Part shown: in pieces, positions 26,471 through 35,361 of the stretch | Layout: each line of letters opens with the position of its first letter | How positions within the stretch are numbered: position 1 is the first letter of the stretch | Virus record (IMG/VR): IMGVR_UViG_3300032294_002877 | Location: 32,001-96,000 of that record | Source: a virus | Direction: 5' to 3' (one strand) | Length of the DNA: 64,000 nucleotides | The notes under the pieces: generated by a model | Databases searched by the model: none | The model's input: the letters and a program-made list of their open reading frames with translations, nothing else | What the model was told of the DNA's origin: nothing | Position numbers and translations under genes: made by a program

Positions 26471-26975
26471 AATAGACTATAGCGACTGGTTTGATGAGGG
26501 TGGATATTGTCAATTCTATCCCATAAAAGATCACCCCTCTTTGGGATTCAAGGAATTCTACTCTAAGAAAAAAGCACTCAAGGCATATTCTGCACAAAAG
26601 AAACTGAGCAAATTTGATCTTGCCCCTAAAGTTTTCACAGACGTTTGTAAATTAGAGATGATAGACGATCAAGACAGAGATTTTACTACTATTAGTGATT
26701 GGGGATATGTAACAGAACTCGCCAAAACTCAAAATAAGTTTGCATTAAAAGATATTCAGAAATTAGTTGGGCAAATTTATGAAAAAACTAAGTTGAAATT
26801 TTGGGATTGTCATTATCATAATATGGGATGGATCAGACGCGGGAAAAATAAAAAACTTGTCTGTATTGATACTGGACTAGAGAGTTTTGATGGTCTAGCA
26901 AATGCTTGGGGTAATGCTGATCCTGGCCCGAAATGCGGCTACTGTAAAAAATATAACTGTAAATGTGAGGAATAA
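26460..26975 (+). CDS. protein-kinase-like fold protein
   Basis: LAPKV, catalytic loop DCHYHN, metal-binding IDTG. Confidence 0.7.
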   Translation: MIYKIDYSDWFDEGGYCQFYPIKDHPSLGFKEFYSKKKALKAYSAQKKLSKFDLAPKVFTDVCKLEMIDDQDRDFTTISDWGYVTELAKTQNKFALKDIQKLVGQIYEKTKLKFWDCHYHNMGWIRRGKNKKLVCIDTGLESFDGLANAWGNADPGPKCGYCKKYNCKCEE

Positions 26976-26979
26976 AATC

Positions 26980-27312
26980 ATGCCTTATGTGGATGAAAAA
27001 TCAAGAAAACAATTAGACCAAAATATCTCGTCAATGGTAGTTGCTCTAAAAACCACTGTTATAGATACTGAAAATCTTTCCGAAGTTGACCAGTTATCAA
27101 ATGAACAACTATTAGCAATTGCTGGCAACATTAATTATGTAGTAAGCAGAATGTGTGGATCGCTGATGGGGAAAATAACATATCCCAAAATAGCCATTAT
27201 AACTGGTGTATTAGAAAATATCAAGCAAGAATTTTATAGAAGGGCTGCTGCTCCTTACGAAGATAAAAAAATAATTCAAAATGGAGATATTAAAGAATAT
27301 AAAGGAATGTGA
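26980..27312 (+). CDS. conserved phage hypothetical protein
   Basis: MPYV...R, GNINY, KQEFYRR.AAPYEDKKI..NGD. Confidence 0.7.
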   Translation: MPYVDEKSRKQLDQNISSMVVALKTTVIDTENLSEVDQLSNEQLLAIAGNINYVVSRMCGSLMGKITYPKIAIITGVLENIKQEFYRRAAAPYEDKKIIQNGDIKEYKGM

Positions 27313-27315
27313 TAT

Positions 27316-27651
27316 ATGTCAAGAGAAATAGAGAATATTTTAAAGCAAATAGAGAAAACCAATAAAGAACTCCATAGTGTAGATACGCACTTTAAAAAAG
27401 ATATTAGTTCCTTAGAAAAAGATATTGCGAATATGCGCAAAGAAATATCTTTCATTAAAAATCAGACAGAACAAATATCCATCAAAATAGATATGATCCT
27501 AGACATATTGCAAAATTTAAGCGTTATGTCATTAGATGATCTTGAAGAGGGGGATTATGACTCCTATGATTCTGACCAGACATGGGTTCCAGAAGAAGAA
27601 GAAGATGAAGACGAAGATGATGATTGGTCAAATCATGAGGATGAAAGTTGA
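27316..27651 (+). CDS. coiled-coil protein with acidic tail
   Basis: heptads followed by D/E run. Confidence 0.6.
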   Translation: MSREIENILKQIEKTNKELHSVDTHFKKDISSLEKDIANMRKEISFIKNQTEQISIKIDMILDILQNLSVMSLDDLEEGDYDSYDSDQTWVPEEEEDEDEDDDWSNHEDES

Positions 27652-27902
27652 TGGCAAGTTTAGCACTAATGGTATCACTGATACTTTTTTGTGTTATATT
27701 TTCCGGCCCAATTGTTTTATTGTTAAGTAAATGTAGTTTTATTCCGAATTATATCGTTTATGTACTATCAATTATTACTATATTTTTTGGTGTTTGGTTT
27801 TTTCTTTTACCTATCGCGGGAATAAGATATTTTGGGGTAATATCTTCTTTGTTAGCATGGTTTGCTATTCAGAATAGGAGATCGGAAACCATTAAAGGTT
27901 GA
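27648..27902 (+). CDS. membrane protein
   Basis: three hydrophobic segments. Confidence 0.6.
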   Translation: MMASLALMVSLILFCVIFSGPIVLLLSKCSFIPNYIVYVLSIITIFFGVWFFLLPIAGIRYFGVISSLLAWFAIQNRRSETIKG

Positions 27903-27927
27903 CAAGATGGTTTGCCGATGGTATACT
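27899..27927 (+). promoter_or_regulatory. sigma70-type promoter for rIIA
   Basis: TTGACA-17nt-TATACT, CCGAT in spacer. Confidence 0.8.
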
Positions 27928-27971
27928 TTGGAGATCACAGGAACGATTCACAGACTTTTTGGAGAAAAACG

Positions 27972-30662
27972 ATGAAGTTGGCAGACAGGACAATTGAGAC
28001 TCACAGTGCTGGTGTTGCTAGTACGAACCAGTTTAGCATTGCTCAAACCAGCAAAATGTTTAAGATTTTGTCGGATTCTTTGTATTCCGATAAGGTTATG
28101 GCGGTCATTCGTGAACTGTCTACTAATGCTTATGACAGTCACGTTAGTGCTGGCAATAAGAATCCTTTTAAGGTAACTCTGCCCACAACGGGCAATCCAA
28201 ATTTCTGCGTAAGAGATTACGGTACTGGTCTTAGTCAGGCAGATATGGAGGAACTGTATACAACATACGGTGCAAGCAATAAGAATGATAGCAATGATTT
28301 TGTAGGTTGCTTGGGTCTTGGCAGCAAGAGTCCGTTTGCCTATACCAAGAGTTTTACTACTGCATCTTATTTTAACGGCAAAAAGTATACCTACATTGCC
28401 GCTATTGATGATAACGGTGTTCCCACTCTGAACCTGTTTAGCACAACAGATACAAATGAGCCTAATGGTCTTGAGATTAGTTTTGCTGTTAAGCAACACG
28501 ATTTTCATGAGTTTAGCAACAAGGCTATGCGTATCTTCCACTATTTTAGAATGAAGCCGATTCTCGAAGGAGGAATCCACAACCACCTGCAAGACCATAA
28601 GTATAGCAATAGCAATATTGTTATTAGTGGAGACGGTTGGAGAGTTTGCAGACTGAATAATGGATATGAATTGTTTCCGAATCATAGTCACAAGATTGAG
28701 AGTGGTATTGTGGCTATCATGGGCAATATCGCTTATCCTGTTCAGTCTAACCAACTTGTTGGTGAAGAGAAACAGGAGCAAACAAACGATGCTATTCAAC
28801 GATGGAATCGTGCTTTCCAAAAAGCCGATATTGATTCGTGGAAAACTTTCGTTAGCGAAATTCTTAATCAAGGCTTGTATCTTGAACTTGAATTTGGCAT
28901 CGGTGAATTGGAGATGGATGTTAGCCGCGAAGGTTTGCAGTATACCAAACAGGTCAAGAGAACTCTGCGTGAAAAGACTCAGGAAATTTTCTTGGAGTTG
29001 AAGAGTACATTTAGTGAGAAAATTGCTGCTGCTAAAACCAAGGTAGAGGCTATCACAACATATTATACTCTTAATGATCTTGCTGGAGGTTGGGGCGTTG
29101 GTGCTTCATGGACAGATTCTAATGGTAAGAGTCATCCTATTAATTCTGGCGAGGACTTGGATTATAAGATTCCTGCCGGTAAGAGTCTGTATGTTTTTAA
29201 TTATAAGAGTGCCGGATACCGATCAAGGCGACTTGTTGCGTTGACCGATAAGATTCATCACGAAACTCTTACGGGTAAGGGTACATACTACTGGAATAAT
29301 ACCAAGAAGTCTGGCGGTATAAAATTCTTCCTGTGCGATGTTAAGGGCGAAGAAAGTGCCAAGAAGATCGTAACACGATTCTGTAATCAGAATGATTGTT
29401 TTGCTTATCTTTTGATGGATACTAAGGATCACACAAAGTGCGACGAGGGTTTTGATAAACTGATTGAGGATGTTGGACAGTCAAATCTACTCAAGGTTTC
29501 AGACTACAAGCATCTTACACAGAGTACCGGACCTCGTAAAACGTACACTCGTAATGCCAAAGGCAGCGTTAGCGACCAAGATGTATTCTATATCTATGGC
29601 GCATCTAAAGATGCCAAGGCAATCAGTAACCAATATAATGATGCTGAGTATCTTAGTATGCTGTCTGAAGATGAACTAGAAGATTTTTTGGAGCAGGATG
29701 AGATAGTGTATGTTCCAATGCTGCGATATGCTAGTGCATCTCTTGAGTACCCGAGCATTAATAGTATTGCTGGTGTGATCAAACAAGAAGCATACAAGGG
29801 ATTAGTCAAGCAACTTTTCGGGTCCAATAAGATTTATGCTATCAAAACTGCGTTCGCTGACAAGTTGAAGAAGGATGGATATAATCTTGTTGATTTTAAT
29901 ACTTTCTTGAAGAATCAACTCAAGAAGATTAATAGTAAAAAGTTTGAGCCTATGGAAACATTTAATTCCGTAGTCAAATACTGCAAGTCTGAATGGGAGA
30001 AGGAAGAAAACCGTAAGAACGGCAGCAATTATTACTATAACAGACTCCCGTCAACAGATAAACAGTTTTTGTTTCACGCTTTAAACCTGTTTGGACTCAA
30101 GTATGCCGATTACATTAAAAACGATAAGTTGGTCAAGGCTCTTGACGATACTATGCTGATTGAGTTCTTTGCCGAGACTGTTCATTGTTCAGTGTTTAAT
30201 ATTCGCAAGTTCTCAGAGTCAGACTACTTTGATCACATGAATAAGATATTCCAGGCTAACGGTATGTCTAGTATTAATAGCAAAGATATTAGAGACACTA
30301 CCGTGGCGTATGGACATCTGATTGGTATCTGTAATAACTTGTATAAAACATCCGATACCGATAATGCTAAGGAGTATATCTCTCTTATCAAGCCATCAAT
30401 TGATACGAAGTATACTCTGCCTAAGATCAGTGAGATTCGTGATAGTATTCGCAATGAACTAGATAAGAATCCTATGCTGAAGTTTATCATATCCACAAAT
30501 CTTAGAGCATCAAGTATTAGGGATCTTGTTGTATCCAATCCTATTAGCCAACTTCATAGTGATGGATATTGGGGGAATAGATCGGAGGATAAATGGTATA
30601 CTGCTATGGATAACAATATGGTCGATTTGTTCAGGGTTCAATTGAGTAGTTTGATCAAGTGA
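27972..30662 (+). CDS. rIIA: rIIA-like protein (GHKL/HATPase N-terminus)
   Basis: LYSDKVMAVIRELSTNAYDSH, RDYGTGLS, GCLGLGSKSPFAY; followed by rIIB; start at ATG 27972 after GGAG. Confidence 0.9.
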   Translation: MKLADRTIETHSAGVASTNQFSIAQTSKMFKILSDSLYSDKVMAVIRELSTNAYDSHVSAGNKNPFKVTLPTTGNPNFCVRDYGTGLSQADMEELYTTYGASNKNDSNDFVGCLGLGSKSPFAYTKSFTTASYFNGKKYTYIAAIDDNGVPTLNLFSTTDTNEPNGLEISFAVKQHDFHEFSNKAMRIFHYFRMKPILEGGIHNHLQDHKYSNSNIVISGDGWRVCRLNNGYELFPNHSHKIESGIVAIMGNIAYPVQSNQLVGEEKQEQTNDAIQRWNRAFQKADIDSWKTFVSEILNQGLYLELEFGIGELEMDVSREGLQYTKQVKRTLREKTQEIFLELKSTFSEKIAAAKTKVEAITTYYTLNDLAGGWGVGASWTDSNGKSHPINSGEDLDYKIPAGKSLYVFNYKSAGYRSRRLVALTDKIHHETLTGKGTYYWNNTKKSGGIKFFLCDVKGEESAKKIVTRFCNQNDCFAYLLMDTKDHTKCDEGFDKLIEDVGQSNLLKVSDYKHLTQSTGPRKTYTRNAKGSVSDQDVFYIYGASKDAKAISNQYNDAEYLSMLSEDELEDFLEQDEIVYVPMLRYASASLEYPSINSIAGVIKQEAYKGLVKQLFGSNKIYAIKTAFADKLKKDGYNLVDFNTFLKNQLKKINSKKFEPMETFNSVVKYCKSEWEKEENRKNGSNYYYNRLPSTDKQFLFHALNLFGLKYADYIKNDKLVKALDDTMLIEFFAETVHCSVFNIRKFSESDYFDHMNKIFQANGMSSINSKDIRDTTVAYGHLIGICNNLYKTSDTDNAKEYISLIKPSIDTKYTLPKISEIRDSIRNELDKNPMLKFIISTNLRASSIRDLVVSNPISQLHSDGYWGNRSEDKWYTAMDNNMVDLFRVQLSSLIK

Positions 30663-30666
30663 GAAC

Positions 30667-30694
30667 TTGACAAGTCTGCTGGTTGTTGTAGAAT
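30667..30694 (+). promoter_or_regulatory. sigma70-type promoter for rIIB
   Basis: TTGACA-16nt-TAGAAT. Confidence 0.75.
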
Positions 30695-30736
30695 ATGCTA
30701 ATCACAGGTATCGAAATCACACTAAGGAGATGAAAA

Positions 30737-31621
30737 ATGGCCGTTCCGTTTATGTTTGTTGATGGTAATTTGACTCTGGTTCTTAATAATAGAACCTATC
30801 AGGTTTTGCCGGATCATATTAATTATAAGATGATTCTGCAAGTGCTTCCGACTGCAACTTCAGAAGAGTTGCTGGAAATTGTGGATATTGAAAAGGCTGT
30901 TTCGGTTTATTCCGATGGTCAGGTAGAAATTAAGAATGGTCAGGTTATGTATGCTGGCGAAGTTGTTCATGGCAGCATCAGCAAGCGTATTCTGGAGTTT
31001 ATGAGTAAGGGTCTGCCTTTCCAGCCCCTCGTTAACTTCCTCAATAATCTGATGGAGAATCCTAGTATGCAAAGCCAGAAGGAACTATATGATTTCCTTG
31101 AGCATGAGAATCTGCCTATTACTGAGGATGGACATTTCTTGGCATACAAGGCTGTTCGCGGTGACTATAAAGACAAGTATCGCGGAGTATTTGATAATAG
31201 GGTTGGTCAAGTTGTTACCATGCAACGTGCAAAGGTTGATGATAATCGTAGCGTAGGATGTTCTCAGGGTCTTCATGCTGGGGCATTAAACTATGTTGCT
31301 GGTTACGGTAGCGTTGAGCATGGTGATCGTATTGTGATCGTCAAGATTAATCCGCGTGATGTTGTGAGTGTTCCTAGCGATTGTAATTGCGAGAAACTTC
31401 GCACCTGTCGTTATGAAGTTGTTGGCGAGTACCAAGGTGAACTAAAAAAGCCATTGTACTCGTCTAACTTTAATGAGGACTCGTATGAGGACGATGAGGA
31501 CGATTATGATCGTGAATACGATTGGGGATGGAATGAAGATGAGGATGAAGAAGATGAGAATTTTGATGCGTATGCCGATGAAGATGAAGACGATTATGAC
31601 CCAGATGGATTTTACAACTAA
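30737..31621 (+). CDS. rIIB: rIIB-like protein with acidic tail
   Basis: PITEDGHFLAYKAV, CSQGLH, VKINPRDVVSVP.D...KLR.CRYEVV. Confidence 0.92.
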   Translation: MAVPFMFVDGNLTLVLNNRTYQVLPDHINYKMILQVLPTATSEELLEIVDIEKAVSVYSDGQVEIKNGQVMYAGEVVHGSISKRILEFMSKGLPFQPLVNFLNNLMENPSMQSQKELYDFLEHENLPITEDGHFLAYKAVRGDYKDKYRGVFDNRVGQVVTMQRAKVDDNRSVGCSQGLHAGALNYVAGYGSVEHGDRIVIVKINPRDVVSVPSDCNCEKLRTCRYEVVGEYQGELKKPLYSSNFNEDSYEDDEDDYDREYDWGWNEDEDEEDENFDAYADEDEDDYDPDGFYN

Positions 31622-31630
31622 ATAAACTTT

Positions 31631-31680
31631 GGGGTAGTCTGGTGACTGGAGCGATCCGGTGGTTCGATTCCGCCGCCTCT
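31631..31680 (+). ncRNA. miniature tRNA-like element lacking a normal anticodon arm
   Basis: GGGGT/GCCTC closing stem; AGTC-TGGT-GACT; GGA-GCGA-TCC; T arm GGTGG-TTCGATT-CCGCC; followed by T run. Confidence 0.55.
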
Positions 31681-31750
31681 TTTTGATGCCGATTATGATG
31701 ATAATGTTTATTGTCCCGGTATCTTCATAGGAAAGATGAAGGAAGTAGTT

Positions 31751-32857
31751 ATGTTTAATGATGTTTTGGACTTTAATCCCTTCGATAAGAATAACGATGT
31801 CTATAATAGAAGATATGCTAATAGAAGATGTGATTTTCTAAACGCTTTCAAACAAAGCCATATTTATTGCTATAATGGTAATCCTCGCAAGAAGATCAGC
31901 AGTATGAATCATACTAATGATGCTAATGAGGCTATTGATGCGAATAGAGATAAGGGTGCTGACGTTTATTTTTATGTAAATGGTGGTCGCAAACTGTACG
32001 CTATCAAACAGTTTACTTGTTGCTTTTGCGATATGGATGCTGGTCGTGATGATCAGGGCAAGTATTTTAAGCCCAGCGTTGTAATGACCAAGAAGAAGCA
32101 GTTCCTAAAGAAGATTAATGAATTTTCGGTAAAGCCTAGTTGGGTTATTGATACTCGTAATGGGTATCAGTGCTACTGGATTTTTGACGATGCTAGTCGC
32201 AAGATTGTTGGTGGAAATAAAACATTTTGGAACGGTCTACAGAAGAAACTGGTAAATTACTTTGGTGGTGATCCAAGGGCTATCAAGCCGAATCAGATTT
32301 ATCGTGTTCCTTATACTTGGTGGCGTAAAGGTTGGGAGGGCAAGGCTCCATACTTTACTAGTATTCTTCCCGGTAGCACTGGCGCTCCAATAAATGTTGC
32401 TGATCTTAAAGCGGCACTTACTGGTCAACCAGCAACGCTACAGATCATTCCTGAAAAATGTAGTGATGAATGGTATAAGGGATATGCCAAGGCTTATAAG
32501 CAGTCTGATATTACGGGCGTTCCAGTATCAGCAAATGTTGCTGCTGATATTCTGAATTCTATGCAGACATTAAATGCTAAAGCAAAAGCGTTTTGTAATT
32601 ATGCCGGAGATGAAGATGACGATGTTGAGGTTGCTCACGGTGATCCGATGCCGGTGTATGCTGGTCGCGTGAGCGAACCGGAGTCGATCCCTGACGAGGA
32701 TTTAAATCTTGACGGCCAGCAGACACGACTCTTAAAAACGGTGGTCGAGTTCCTAAACCAAGTGAGTACACCACTCTACTTTAGTAATAATCGATTCCTA
32801 AGTAGTGCGGCCAAAGACTTGGCTAATCAGATCAGCGACAAGTTTTGCATAGGCTAA
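31751..32857 (+). CDS. RepB-like (AEP-related) DNA primase domain protein
   Basis: CFCDMD, PSWVIDTRNGYQCYW, D..AIKPNQIYRVP; start after AAGGAAG RBS (track start 31736). Confidence 0.65.
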   Translation: MFNDVLDFNPFDKNNDVYNRRYANRRCDFLNAFKQSHIYCYNGNPRKKISSMNHTNDANEAIDANRDKGADVYFYVNGGRKLYAIKQFTCCFCDMDAGRDDQGKYFKPSVVMTKKKQFLKKINEFSVKPSWVIDTRNGYQCYWIFDDASRKIVGGNKTFWNGLQKKLVNYFGGDPRAIKPNQIYRVPYTWWRKGWEGKAPYFTSILPGSTGAPINVADLKAALTGQPATLQIIPEKCSDEWYKGYAKAYKQSDITGVPVSANVAADILNSMQTLNAKAKAFCNYAGDEDDDVEVAHGDPMPVYAGRVSEPESIPDEDLNLDGQQTRLLKTVVEFLNQVSTPLYFSNNRFLSSAAKDLANQISDKFCIG

Positions 32858-32859
32858 AG

Positions 32860-33288
32860 ATGAATGATCCATATGACGATGAGCCATACAACGATTATGA
32901 TGACTATGATGATAGTCACGACTATGATTACAGTCAGTCAGATTGGAAAAAGTTTTATTTCAAATTTGACATTAATCCATACGGATCATTATCAGATTGG
33001 TTCAAAAAAATGATGGAGGATTTGATAAACTATAAAACGCCAACTCTTCCAGAGGGTTTTTCTCCTGTTTCGTTTCCTGTGAATGATTTGTTTTCCCAAT
33101 ATACAGCGAGTGGGAGCAATCCCCTCCTGTATTTGGGGAACAATCATTACAATGAGCCGATATGGAAGAAGAAAGATTTTATCCAAGACAAACTAGGAAT
33201 AGCGTATGTTTTACATTTACAGAGTAATGCTGGGCATTTTATTAGTCAGCCGAGATATTATAAAGGGCTTTTTGACATACTTAATTAG
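32860..33288 (+). CDS. hypothetical protein with D/Y-rich N-terminus
   Basis: ORF. Confidence 0.6.
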   Translation: MNDPYDDEPYNDYDDYDDSHDYDYSQSDWKKFYFKFDINPYGSLSDWFKKMMEDLINYKTPTLPEGFSPVSFPVNDLFSQYTASGSNPLLYLGNNHYNEPIWKKKDFIQDKLGIAYVLHLQSNAGHFISQPRYYKGLFDILN

Positions 33289-33296
33289 GTTTGTAT

Positions 33297-33734
33297 ATGA
33301 ATAAAGATAACTGGTATATAGTAGATGATATAGATGAATTTGTTTTATCCACAAGAAAATTGATCTACAACCATTTTGGCAAAGAAAAATCTAATCAGTC
33401 TAAATTTGATTCTCTTATGCTAACAGAGATTAATCCAGACGAACAAGAAGAATTTGATCAAGTCTTAACTCAAGAAGAATCTTTGCTAATAGCAAAAAAT
33501 ATTTTGAAAAAACAAACGCATAAAAAAAGCAATGAAGTAAGATATTTGGTTTCTGATAATCTCTACCGTGATATGGTAGAAAGTTTGAATGATCGTATGG
33601 TTAGTAATATATTGAATAGTTTAGTTAATAAGGGATACTTAGAAAGTGGATACGATGCCGAATCAAACGATTTCGTATTTTGGATAAAAGAAGACCAAGA
33701 TGAGCAAAATAAAGAAAAACCAGAAACCGATTGA
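33297..33734 (+). CDS. hypothetical protein
   Basis: ORF; C-terminal YDAESNDFVFW resembles WDSDANDMIFW in 12644-13039. Confidence 0.6.
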   Translation: MNKDNWYIVDDIDEFVLSTRKLIYNHFGKEKSNQSKFDSLMLTEINPDEQEEFDQVLTQEESLLIAKNILKKQTHKKSNEVRYLVSDNLYRDMVESLNDRMVSNILNSLVNKGYLESGYDAESNDFVFWIKEDQDEQNKEKPETD

Positions 33735-34059
33735 ATACGACATTCATCTAAAATATAAATGCAAAAACTGCTGTCAAGACCACTGGCTATCTTTTAACGA
33801 AGCATCTACAAAAAATTTCAAAATTGTTTGTTATTGTGGTAATGTTTTTGGAGTTAAAAGAGTAAGTAAATGCAAAATAATCTATACTAAATCAAACACA
33901 GTTAATAGTAAAATCATAAAATCATGCCTAAGTGTTTTATTAGGCTATGGCTATGATAAGGAGAGATCAGAACAAATCATTAGAGAAATATTATCGGCTT
34001 CACCAGAAATAAAACTTGCGGACTTAATAAAAAAATCTTTGGTAAAACTTGGAGAATAA
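33700..34059 (+). CDS. zinc ribbon fused to RuvA C-terminal (domain III)-like helix bundle
   Basis: CKNC..CYC N-terminus; LSVLLGYGYDKERSEQII...LADLIKKSLVKL; directly upstream of ruvB. Confidence 0.6.
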   Translation: MSKIKKNQKPIEYDIHLKYKCKNCCQDHWLSFNEASTKNFKIVCYCGNVFGVKRVSKCKIIYTKSNTVNSKIIKSCLSVLLGYGYDKERSEQIIREILSASPEIKLADLIKKSLVKLGE

Positions 34060-34060
34060 A

Positions 34061-34975
34061 ATGGCAACGAATTTTCGACCCTCTTGCTTTAGCGATATAG
34101 TTGGACAAACAGAATCTATTAACAGACTCAAAATCATAACATACGGATGCAAAATGTCCGATGGTGTTATGCCACATATTCTAATTGATGGGCCTCCAGG
34201 TCTTGGTAAAACAACAATAGCAAGTGCTATTGCTAATGAGTTAAATGTTAATCTGTATACGATTAATGCTGCTAATATTAGAGCAATCAAAAATATTCTC
34301 CCATATATCATGGGTTTATCTCCACGATCAGTTTTATTTATAGATGAAATTCATAGACTACCAAAGATTGTCGAAGAATTTTTGTATCCCATCATGGAAG
34401 ATTTTGTATTAAATATTACTGTAAAAAATGAGGAAGATAAAGACGTTCCAGAAAAAATTGATATTCCTCAGTTTACTCTGGTAGGAGCAACAACAAGCGG
34501 TGGAACTTTAAGCCAGCCTTTCTATGATAGATTTACTATCAAAGAACATTTGAGTTTCTATAAAGACGAAGAATTAGCTAAACTTGCCCGGTTGAACGCA
34601 AATAGACTCGGACTAATTGTTTCTGACGAGGACTTATTAGAAATAGCAAGAAGAAGCAAAGGAACGCCACGAATTCTAAATGCCAGACTACAATGGTATA
34701 AAAATTTTACCGCCTATCATAGTGGTAAAACTATAACAGTAGAGGAGGTATTTAATAGTCAAGGCATCGACAAGGATGGTCTGGATAATTATGATAGATT
34801 ATATCTACAAATTTTACATAAAGCCAAGGGAAGTCCTCTTGGATTAAAGAGTATATCATCAATGACAGGTATAGCAATAGACACAATTGAAAACAGTATT
34901 GAGCCGTTTCTTTTGAGAAAAGGATTTGTTCAAAGGACACAAAAGGGAAGGATTATAGGTTCATATAAGATATGA
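34061..34975 (+). CDS. ruvB: Holliday junction branch migration ATPase RuvB
   Basis: RPSCFSDIVGQ, GPPGLGKTT, FIDEIHRL, GATT, DRF, GTPRI, IEPFL..TQKGR. Confidence 0.95.
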   Translation: MATNFRPSCFSDIVGQTESINRLKIITYGCKMSDGVMPHILIDGPPGLGKTTIASAIANELNVNLYTINAANIRAIKNILPYIMGLSPRSVLFIDEIHRLPKIVEEFLYPIMEDFVLNITVKNEEDKDVPEKIDIPQFTLVGATTSGGTLSQPFYDRFTIKEHLSFYKDEELAKLARLNANRLGLIVSDEDLLEIARRSKGTPRILNARLQWYKNFTAYHSGKTITVEEVFNSQGIDKDGLDNYDRLYLQILHKAKGSPLGLKSISSMTGIAIDTIENSIEPFLLRKGFVQRTQKGRIIGSYKI

Positions 34976-35361
34976 AATACAAGACATGGATTGTTGCATT
35001 ATTTTTTATTTTTTGTACAACTATATCACTAGCAGACAATAAATTTCCTATTTTTGTTGATAGTTTGTTGGATGCTATTGTAGAATCAGAAAATTCTAAA
35101 AAAGATGTGCTGCTAATCTTTAGTGCTGACTGGTGTAAGTTTTGCAGAGTAATGAAGAAAGATATAGATAATAATATACGTGATTTAAACGGTATAATTA
35201 TTAGTTATGTGGATGTTGATAAAGATCCAGAACTAGCAAAAGAATTTAAAGTCAAACAGTTACCGGATTACATAATACTAAGGAATAAGATAGAGATAAA
35301 AAGAAAAGTAGGATACAAAAATTTTGAAACTTTTAAACGATGGTTAAAAGATAATGATTAA
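34972..35361 (+). CDS. exported thioredoxin-like protein
   Basis: signal peptide; FSADWCKFC. Confidence 0.85.
   Translation: MKYKTWIVALFFIFCTTISLADNKFPIFVDSLLDAIVESENSKKDVLLIFSADWCKFCRVMKKDIDNNIRDLNGIIISYVDVDKDPELAKEFKVKQLPDYIILRNKIEIKRKVGYKNFETFKRWLKDND

Noticed and set aside
27912-27971. Longer rIIA start given by the ORF track
   Set aside because: It lies within the promoter; the GGAG RBS supports ATG 27972
27948-28871. 307-aa antisense ORF inside rIIA (and similar antisense ORFs such as 284-973)
   Set aside because: Shadow ORFs of real genes, with no RBS, promoter or recognisable motifs
31490-31621. GAT/GAA repeats at the rIIB 3' end, 27590-27651 and GAAGACTGG at about 46670
   Set aside because: They encode low-complexity acidic protein tails, not a DNA repeat element
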